Shown in pieces: positions 48,661-59,500 of a DNA stretch of 64,000 bases. Location of the stretch: NCBI GenBank assembly GCA_050273025.1, contig CP158636.1, positions 9,424,001-9,488,000 on the forward strand, written 5' to 3'. The stretch's first letter is position 1; every line of letters starts with the position of its first letter. The position numbers and the translations under genes were made by a program. The stretch is from Cenococcum geophilum (taxonomy: Eukaryota). Below the pieces are notes generated by a model. It worked only from the letters and a program-made list of their open reading frames with translations, had not been told where the DNA came from and searched no databases.

Positions 48661-51600
48661 CAGACTTGCTATTAAACAAACAAATCAAACGAAGGCCTTC
48701 AGGTTTGATTGTTTGCCTATATTAGAGCGTTCGTTTGATTGATTGATTAATTGGAAACAACTCAAACAAACAGTCAAACTCGTTTGTCTCGTTTGGAAGC
48801 TTTATATATAAAATAGTTAACAGTAGAATGCTCTATAAGTATAATAAAGGTAGGAAACAGTTGCCCGCAGGCCCTTGCGCAGTATAGTGGTGATATTTTA
48901 GGGTTAAGAGAGTTCGTGATAGACTTTTAGTGTTACAGAGATGGTCACGTGACTTCGGTTTTGACAAAGAACTTCGTCCATTAAGATTCTGCCTAAAAAT
49001 CGATTGCTACCTAGAACGATAGCAATATCGATCTAGCTATCACACCAAACCTTAGAACTTATTATTATAGGTATATCAATCGGCTCATGTGACGGTAGGT
49101 TTGTAGGATATAGGGGGGAGGAAGAATCTTATTCTGTGGAGGATTAATAAAAAATCCAATTTTGCGAAAGACCTGCCTAAAAGTCAGCAATCTAAGTTAA
49201 ATGGCGTAATTTCTGCTTAAATCCGAACTAGTATCTAATTTCCTTATTAGGAAAGGTTATTTTCTAATAAAGCTATTGCGATTAAAGCTGCGATTGCATT
49301 ATAAGGCCGCTATTATATCTAGCTTTATTCTTAATTATTAAGGCGCTAGTATATTACCTAACTTACTAAAAATACGTTTATAGTTGTAGCTTATTACTAG
49401 AATTAAAAGGATATTAAGCGCCATCTAGCTAACGTTTGGATATTGCTCTATTATTATAATCTAGTAGAGAAACACGTTCTAAGCCAGTAGATACTCCTTT
49501 AGTAGTAGGTTAAGCTTCTTCCACTTCTTATACTTATTATTATTATTATTAGCTAAAAAGAAAGAAGAGGGCGTAGTATTAAGACCTATAAAGCTTCTAG
49601 TGAAGTTATTAATATTAAATTGCTAGCTTTAGCTCTTTTTAACTACCTACTTCCTAGTTTACGGCTTTTTACCTTTATATTAAAGCCAGAGCGTTTAAAA
49701 GGAGACGTCGCCTTTAATAATCTATTTAGGCCTATCCTCCTAGGCGTTTTAGTAGAATTGCTTTAGATTTAGGTATAGAAGAACGGCTACGTAGTAGATG
49801 GGCGTATTGTTAAGCTTATTATAGTACTTTTTAAGCTTACTTTACGCCGCGTTAATATTAATATTATAGTAATCCTTAATTACCTCTTAATTAGGATAAT
49901 CCTTTATTATTACCTTAGCTATTTAAGCCTTAGCTTCTTTAAATATCTTTATAAGCTACTCTATATAAGAAAGCACCTCCTAAATTACGCCATTGCGCCT
50001 AGCTCTACCTCTTACTTTAAGCTTAAGAGTTGCCTTATAAAGCGGCTAGAGGATTATAATATACTACTTAATAACATCCTAATCGTACGTAGTAAGGCCG
50101 CCGACTTTAATATAGAGAGGAGGCTCCGGAATCTTCGCTTTTAATAGCTTCTTCCATTATACTTAAGCTACTTTAATAGCCGCGATCTTCTTATTCCATT
50201 TATTAATATTATACACTATTATTGCCGATATAGGTCCTTATAGATTAACGGCCCGTATAAACATTAATAGGTAGCTATTCTACTAAGTCTTAATAGGTAT
50301 AACCACCTCGCGGACTATAAAGTTGTCGCGCAGTAGTATATTATTATTCTCTCGCTAAAATTAATAGAGCTCTTTATATTTTTAAGGTAAATAGATTAAG
50401 TAGATAAAATTAATAAGGGTTCCAAGCGGGCCTTGCTTTCGCCACTTATTAAGAAAGGCTTCTTTAGCCTATAAGGTTTATTAGCAATTAATAAAAAAAA
50501 GGTAGTAATAACGCCTGCCTATATTAATATTCTACTTATTATTAAAAGAGTCCTTATCCTTACTAAAAAGGCAAGATTAAGCTACTAGGTTAAAGATATA
50601 GGCGATATACCGAATATAACGCTCCTTACTATTAAATCTGAGTTTAATTATAAGATTATTAACAGCCGTATTGTTATTATAAGCGTTATCCATAATAAAC
50701 TAGCTAATTTAATTAGTAAGGCCAAATTTAAATATAATGCTGCCAATAGTGTCGGCGTAGTTAAAGCCACTATACTCGCCGAGTTGCTCTAGTAGAGCGA
50801 GCAGAAAGTTATAAATTTGGCCTTTAGCGTTAATATAGTAAATATAAATACCAGTAAGCGCCTTCTTCTTATCCTTTGTTATTTAGCCATTAAATAATAT
50901 ATAAATAAGCGACAATAATATACCCAGTTCTTCCGTTATTATGCCTTTGTTGCCTTTATATTTAGTAAGGATCTTAGTGCAAATTAACTGGTAGTTCTTA
51001 TATAGATCGCGCTCAGCGTCCTTATTGGCGGCGCCGATTAAGGCATAAAATTTAGGTCACTTAACCTCTTATAGAGGCTAGTTACCAGCCGCCAGCCAAT
51101 TAATTAATATGTTCTTAAAGGTCTTAGTATTATAAGCCGTAATTAGCTTATTAGCGACAACTTATAAGACGTAGTATTTTTATTAAATTTGCTTCAAAAC
51201 AGTTCCTACGCGCTTTTAACTAGGATAATTAATAGTTTCACCGTCCTGGCCAATTCGGTGGCCCTCTATATCCTTAGTAAGATATATCTTTACTAAGGAT
51301 ATAGCCTTGCCAGTCTTATAAAGTGTTACTTTAATATTATGCTTGTAGCAGTATTTATATAGCCAAACGGTCGATTTAGCATTATACCGCTGCTGAAGTC
51401 GCCAACTATAGTCCCAAATATAGCTCGGAGCACGTTTTAGGCTAGAATTAGGCCGTTAGTACTTTGGTACCTTATCCCAATTAAGCCCTATATAATTATC
51501 GTCGTCCTATACTAAGCTACTTTTAGTAGTATTAATATTGGAGGCTTCGGCGGCCTCAGTGTCCGTAACTAAGTATATTTCTTCTATAAGATTAGTGAGG

Positions 51601-51936
51601 TTAGCTTTAATAAGATAGTAGGATATATTAGAGGCGGTATATTAATAATAGGCGACGTAGTAGTAGTAGGTATTAACTTTTCCGCAATTAGGTATATTAT
51701 ATTACGCCTATGTATATTATATAATTGCCTAAACCTTACCACCAAATTACCTACTCCCCTTAAAACCTAAAACTCTACTAAATATATATATAAACGACCC
51801 AATCTACCCAAATAAACGAGCCTCCCTTTGGATTGATTGATTGCCTATTCCTAGCCCTCTAGATTGTTTGTTTGTTTGGTATAAATAAATAAACGATGGA
51901 AACAGGCAAACGGCTGTTTGTTTATTAGCAAGTCTG
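48661..51936 (-). mobile_element. Complete hAT-superfamily DNA transposon (3276 bp), RIP-degenerate transposase
   Basis: TIR CAGACTTGCTAWTAAACAAACA; perfect 8-bp TSD CCATGAAC (48653-60, 51937-44); subterminal TTTG/TTGA repeats. Minus-strand motifs SFDGWT ~50890 and YPNVSRMALDILSIPAMSCDCERVFS ~49365-49445. Confidence 0.95.
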
Positions 51937-52651
51937 CCATGAACTAAGAGGCTATGGCTAAGGGATTTGTGGAGCTTTGTGACTAATGCTTGTCGCGGGG
52001 ATAACGTCTAAAACATATCGGCTGCGAAGTTGGAGTGGGCACTGCGTGGTTTACAGTTGCCCAGCGCCTCTGTACTATCTTGTCATTATTGTCGAGCTTA
52101 GGAATCTCCTCGCTCTTGCTTCCATTGAGGACGTGCACTCTTCCAATCAGGTACCGTATCCGTCCGCCTGCGCTTTGCTTGGCCGTCATCGCTCGAAGGT
52201 GGAAGTTTCGCCATAGACTTGTGGCTTCCCAAGACAGAAAATCGTCAGATTATGTCTCGTTCGGACCTTTCCAGCATTATAATAAGGCACTGATAGTGGG
52301 GCATCACTTTTTAGCCTGATGTAGGATCCGGGCAGTAACTCTTGGCAGCAACTTTACTGCCCGAATCTTTTGATCAGCGGCGGCCCAGCAGGCGGTAAGG
52401 GTAGCCAAGGCACTACTCGGGCACCTATTTTACTAGTAAAAGCCATATCCCTTCCCGCGCTGGTTTGCGTCCACGCATATCGATAAAGATTTAGCCAATC
52501 ACGGGCTCTCCTTTAACTGAAAGCTTGGTGATGTGTACATCTAATACTAGTGTGTCTTACCCGCTTCTCCGAGGAATTTGTGGCGTTGCATGGCCCCACT
52601 CTCTTGCCACAGCCCCACTCTGCCAACTCGTGCGAACTCCTGAGCCAATTA

Positions 52652-53085
52652 ACGTCTTAGCCACCCAGTCGAGCCAGCCACCCGGTCGAGCCACCCCAAA
52701 ACACACCAAAATCTACCAACTTTAGCCTTTTATAACCCTACCCCTATTAAAGATTTTTAAATAAAAATTTAAATATAGCTACTTATATATCAAAGGGTTT
52801 TATTTATATTTTTTTTAAAAAAAAATTATATATATTTAAGCTAATATAATAATTCCTAGAAAAAGTTTAATTTTAAATATTTATTAATAAAATATTATAT
52901 TAGCTTAAATATATATATTTAAAAACATTATAAATAAAATACTTTTATATATAAGTAGCTATATTTAAAATTTCATTTAAATATCTTTAATAGGGGTAGA
53001 GTTATAAAAGGCTAAAGTTGGTAGATTTTGGTGTGTTTTGGGGTGGCTCGACTGGGTAGCTGGCTCGACTGGGTGGCTAAGACGT
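52652..53085. mobile_element. Fold-back MITE (434 bp), ACGT termini
   Basis: ACGTCTTAGCCACCCAGTCGAGCC…GGCTCGACTGGGTGGCTAAGACGT; ~200-bp inverted arms; TA TSD (52650-51, 53086-87). Confidence 0.95.
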
Positions 53086-53235
53086 TAGCGGCGCGCACTA
53101 ACTCCTGCGAACTCCTGAGCCAATAGAACGTCGCGCTACCCCCTAGACCCCTGCACCTCCCTAAATTCCTCTATAAAGCATCTAAGAGGTTATAAGCACG
53201 TATTTACTATAGGCTAGGCTAGATTTCTAATATAT

Positions 53236-53446
53236 TATAAGGGGACTTTATAGACAGGGGGCTATAAGGACACGATTAGAATAGGATAGATTGGTAAGAG
53301 AGACGAATCCTTAAGGAGGTAAGGCCTCTAGGATCGTGGAGACTATATACTACGGGCACGTGCCTCTAGCACGTGACTGGCGACTATTTAAGGGGCGTCT
53401 AGGGTTCTAAGGGCAACCTAAGGTGTCCGCAATAATATCCCTTACA
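53236..53446 (-). repeat. Solo LTR of the gypsy-A family
   Basis: Matches 18671-18883; TSD TATAT (53231-35, 53447-51). Confidence 0.9.
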
Positions 53447-56400
53447 TATATATTAACTTTAAGCAACTAAAATAGGGTTAATTTAGTAGTTATAACTATA
53501 GTTTATTATATAATTAAATTATAACCTCCTTTACTAGTATATTTTAATTAATATAGCTAGTTAACTACTATATTAGGGGTTAAAATATAGCTATAAAGTT
53601 TTAAAATATATTTTCTAAAGCTAGGTTAACTTAACTAATCTTATTAATATAGCGACCGTAGTCCACTACTATACCTTCACTTACCCTAAAACTTTATAAG
53701 GTGCCTTTTATACTTTATTATAAATAGCTTATCTAAATTTACTATACCTATATAGTATTTATAGCGCGTTTAGCTAGGTATACTTTTTAGAGACTCTTAT
53801 ATACTCCTATAAACTCCTAGGCTAATTAGATAGCAAGATTTAAAAAAAAAAAAGAAGATAGGTAGTAGGAATATAGATTGCCGGAGTTAATAGTATAGAG
53901 CTTATGGTAGGGTAGTAGAGCCGCCTATATTATAGACGTTAGCTAATTATAGTTCTATCTTAAAAACTCTTTAGTTAATTTAAAAACTAAGCGTAAAAGA
54001 ATTACTATTAGTTATTTAGTAGGTAGGGCGTATCCTTTAGCATGGTAGCGTCCTACGAGCAAGTGGTCCGTGCGTAAAGGCTTTAAATTGCTAGGTATAG
54101 GCACTAAATTTAGCTCCTCTAATTGGCTAGTTCTTATCGATACCGGTAGGACGCAAATTACCGTGCTAAGGGATAGGGAATATACCGTTTTAGTATAAGA
54201 TTATTAACCTTTACCTTTAGCGAATTATACTTTAGACCTACTTATAGCTTAATAACTTTAAGCCGCGTAATAAGCAGGTATATACTCTACGTCAGCTTAT
54301 ATTTAAAAAAGGTAATACTTTTCTTATTACCTATATAGGCTTTAGCAAAAGCCTAGTCTTTTATATATATTTTATTCTAATAGGGAAGATTATAATCTAG
54401 CTAATCTAGTTAAATAAACTAGGTAATAAGCAGCTAGATAATATTAAGAAGATAGATAGTTCTTATCTAGTTCTTATTAACGCTAAGATAAGAAGTTAGG
54501 AGAAGTCTCTAATTATAAAGATCTAGGAGGGGGCGTATATATATATACTTCTTAAACTTAAGTAGGCATTAATAAAGTTATTTTAGGATGCCTTAAAGGA
54601 GCTAGAGCTACAGTCTTAAATTAGGCTAGTTATAATTAATAAATATTATCTTATAAAGGAATGGGAAGGCTTTTAACTAGCCTATTTAATACTAAATAAG
54701 CTACGCATAATTCTCCGCTTAAGTATAGTCTAGTTTACCTATTTTACAACTCTTAATAAAAGGGTAAAGAAACCGGTTTTACCGCGCGCTAGGTTTTAGG
54801 TAGTTAGCAATTATCTATACTAGATTAAAGTTATAAGAATATCTATTAATTATCTAGATATATTTATATATATATAACTAACTCCTAAAGGAAAGGTAGA
54901 CTTATAAAAAATATCTATACTTTTTATTAAATAACTATATAAACGGTAATAAAGTACTTATACCTAAACAGATACCAAAGACAATAGTCTTTATTAATAG
55001 TTAAATATCTATTTAGTAGGTAGTAGAGTACCTTTAAAATATACTACTCTAAAAGTTTAAGGCGTATATAAATGGGACTAATAATAATAATAAGGCCTTT
55101 TATATTAGTAGCGTAATTTAGGAGTTTACTACTACTATATAAGAGTATAATCGCAACTAGTGGTATATAGAGTTTAAAAAGCCCTTCTTTATTATCCGAA
55201 TTATAAAAGCTATAACCTTACTTAGTGTATAATTACAGCACCTAGTATACGAACGCGTATTTACGCGTTTAGTGCACTAACCACTTATATACTAACTAAT
55301 TAGGGGGGAGGCGCGTTAGTATATAGACCACGTAGTCTACCTTAATAGAATCGATAGTTACCACCATCCAAAAGAGTATACGATACTATACGTATTTCGT
55401 GCCCCTAGATATGGCTTACTTATATTATTAAATTGATATAAATACTAATTAGTAAGCGCGTATAGATTAGTAATTACTTAATACCTCCCCCGAGCGATAT
55501 ATAACAGCAACTACCTATTTAATCCTAGTACGACCTACTAGAAGGTTAGAAGTTAGGAATTACGGACTAAACCACTATCTCTGTATACTTATTTAAGTCT
55601 TAGTATAGTTTACTAAAAGTATAATAGACGCGAATACAGACCTTTATAGAACCCCCCTATCCTTAAACCTTAAACCCCTATTCCTACTACACTCTCCCTT
55701 AATACCCCGACCTCTTTTTAGACCCCTTATAGAAATCCTTTACCCTCTTATAAACTATTACGGACCTGCTAATTACCTTTATAAACTATTATAAGACCTC
55801 TTAAACTATTATAAACCCGTTAATTACCTTTACAAACCACTATAAGACCTTTTTATCCGTTACAGCTTATACGGACATATTACGTTATATAGTATAGCAG
55901 CCCTAAGTAAGCAAATTAATGAAGGTCAAAAGAAGTGGAGGTAGGGAGTTAACACTAAGTCTATACCTAATGTTAACGACTATATTAATTTCAAAATCCT
56001 TAAATATAAATATTTTAAGCTTATAAATGACGACCTATAGGAGTAATACTAGGAAGACTTTGCGGACTTTACGGAAGCTATTTTTAAAGCCTGCAATCTT
56101 GTTACTATCCGTAACCTATAAACCCTTTTACGTTACTAAGGTATATAGGTTAAAAGGGATAAACGAGTTACTATTATATAGTCTTTATATAATATAATAT
56201 ATAAGAAAAACTAAACGGAATAGACTAAAGAGGAAATCCTAGACTAGGTTAAAGCTACTAGTAGACTATTTACTTCTTCCAAACTTAATAGGATTGCTAG
56301 CCTTATACCTAACCCACTTAATTAAATTCGTCCTATAAACCTAAACGGTTTTAGGATTAATTTTATAGGCTAAAGTATACTTAGTACTTAAGTTACGGAC

Positions 56401-56577
56401 CGTAATACCCCCGTAAACTAAAATACGGACTAAAATACTTTCGTTACTTAAGTTATAGATTTATAAACTACTTAAGTAAAGACCTATAGTAAGGAGCTAG
56501 CTAACCTAGTTAAGCTCTATACCAACAAATTTAAGTATAGCGGTAAAAACGATAACTTTAACTTTAAACTAACTATT

Positions 56578-59500
56578 TGTCGGGATACTTTAACACAGTG
56601 CAATAGACGTAATATACGTGCAGTGCGGTGTGTAATTGGATTCTTGAGGTTCTACTCTACAATGCAGTGTTGATAATATATACGCGTCTCGCGTAAGTCA
56701 CGTACTATGCACATGACACGTGAAACGAATATATACCAACACTGGAGCAATTCTAAATATACTAGAAAACCAATAGAACCTCTTTCGCAATAGTAAGTGT
56801 GTTTTAACATATAACTACCTCTAACTTCTTTATATCAAATCTCCTTTCGTATTAAATATCCTTTATAAACCTGCTATATTCTGCCATATTCTGCCTTATT
56901 CTACCATATTCTACCATATTCTGCCAACAGGGTAATATAAGGGCAATTTGCGGTAATATACGGCAATATAAGGGCAATATGCGGCGTCTGCCATGTTCTG
57001 CCATGTTTTTACTATATTCTGCCGGGGTCAAATTATACGGGGTAGGTGGAATACGGTAGAGACGGGTGGTCGTGTGCAAGGTGTCACGGGGTAGTCCTGT
57101 AACACTTCCATTCCACTCACTCCATAGCCTACAGTTCTAAGTAATTGGTATCAATTAACTTCTTAAGAGCCGTAGATGCCTTGCTCTTAGTCATCGAGTC
57201 AGTAGGGTTACTATCACCATTAATCCACTTAACTTCTATAATCTCTCTGCGCTTATATAACTAATAAAGACACATAACATCTATTATAAGACGTTTTTTT
57301 TATGTAGTGCCTAGCTTAATAAGGCATTTGTAGAGTAATTTTAAGTTAGTGTAAAGTATAAGTAGGAGTTCAATCTATAGGAGTTGTTCGATAGTTAACT
57401 TAATCGCGGCGCCGATGTCAAATCCGTGGGCCATTACGTAGAGTTCTAACGCTAGTACGCTCCTAGTAACTCTCTTACACTTAATTAAGAACCAATACAC
57501 AATATTAGTCTTATTCGTTGTGTCTGCCAATACCAGGATATAGCTTATTTACGATAAGAGGTCTTTATTATTTGTAAACAAGGCGTCCGTAAACATGAGT
57601 AGGCGTAGTATATTAATGTCCAGTTTAACGTACATAAGGCCTCTTGCTAGGTTATTAATTTGCCATTAGAGTCGTTTATTAAGTGCCGTAATATCACTCT
57701 TTTTAGGGTTAATTACCTGGGCAGCAAAGGAGAGGTTAAAAGAGGCTTTAGGTTGGCATATAGAGGCAATATACGCACCTCTAGCACGTTGCGCAACGTA
57801 TTGTTCCTTCGTGGTTAATATATTGCGGACGATACCTCTTAAGCTTATAGTTATAGCTGCTTTGCTAAGGTGAACTATATTTAGGTTCTTACACTAGCGT
57901 TCCTAGGTTATTATAATATTACCTTCCTAAGAAAGTTAAATAATGCATCCGTTAAATTTAAGTGACTGCTTAACCGTAAGTTGCTCGCGCTCTTTAGCGA
58001 GAAAGTAAGCCTTTTCCAGGTGTTATTGCTCTGCGTCTATAAAGGTAGTGTTAGCCAGGAAGAGAGTGTCATCAGTTTAAAGGCCAACAATGCTAAAGTA
58101 ATTGGGACTGTTGCTCTATAAGAGGCAAGGGTTATACGTTAACGAGTTTATATCCAATTCCTTAGTATAATGATTGTAGTAGGTTGTAAACCAGTAGTTA
58201 CCTACTTCTAGAACACCATATAAGGGCTTAATCACCTTTAGGATTGAGTTCTTTTCAATACCTAGTTAGCTTCCTAATTCGTAAGGTGGTCGGATATAAA
58301 AGTCTTAATTTAGCTTTATAAGAGACTAAACATACGCCTAGAAGATATCTCGTAGGTATAACTATGTGCCGTTGCCTTATAATACTACTGCGATGCATAG
58401 AATAAGGCGTTGGCTAACTCATTAAATAGTAGGTAACTAGGTTAGTACAGTGCCCTTTTCAAGATCGTTATACGCTTAGACGACGAGTCTCAATTTCTCA
58501 AAGGCTTTGTTAGTACTGGGGTTCTTAATCTCATCTACAAATCGTAAATTAAAGATTCTAACTCCTGCGGGTACATCCTAAGGGTTAATTATCTTAAATA
58601 CACCCTTTTCAATCAGTCCTATAATTTCCTTTTAACGGGACGTTTCAAACTGCTTATAGTCACTATCCTCTTGCAAGAATACAGTAATGTCGGCAGTATT
58701 AACGTAAGGGGGATACTTACGGGGTCTTCCTCTTCCTTAGCAAGGTGGTTATGCTTCTCCAATTTTAGTAGGGGACGGTTTCTATATAGAGACGGTTTCT
58801 ATGGACGGTTCATATATACAGGCAGTTTTTAGGACAGTTTCGTTAACTTAAATATCTTCAACTTGGACATCTTCAACTTAAATATATTCAGGGTCTGTTA
58901 AGTACAGTTTAATAATAGTACTACAGAACTTTATAGGGCCGCTAGGTAGGTTAACAATACACATTTCTCCTTTAACATTTAGTAGGTTATATAGTCCTGC
59001 CCAGTATCCAGGTTATCCTATATTACCTTCTCTCCAGACCAGTACTAAAGAGTTAAGGGGTAGATTATAGATTGCGGTAGTGCTAGGGCTATTACATATG
59101 TTAAGTGCATCTATAACCTAGCGCTTCGCTTATATTTTCTTTACTTCCTCTATAGCTTTCTTAAATGCAATTATACGCTATATCACTATAGGTAAAGGTA
59201 CGTCGGACTCTGTCATTCTAGGGTACGCTCTAAATACCAACAGTACAGGTATTAGACCGTCTAGTCCTATAGAGTCGTTAATTACTTTAAAGGCCATTTA
59301 TAGTACCATATCCTTATCAATTTCTAGTATTTCGGAAGTAATAATGTAGTATATACGTCGCAAGGGGCCGTAGTAACGCTCTACCATGCCAATTAAGTTG
59401 TAAGCTTCGACCGGTACGCTCTTTATAGTAGTGCCTATATTAACCGCGTATTGCTTAAACTCTCTACTAATAAAGTTCTTTTCTATATCGTATACAATTA

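Noticed and set aside
51945..52440. Possible small gene in the non-RIP island right of the hAT
   Set aside because: Only short overlapping ORFs with no motif, signal peptide or convincing intron structure. Cannot be excluded without RNA-seq.
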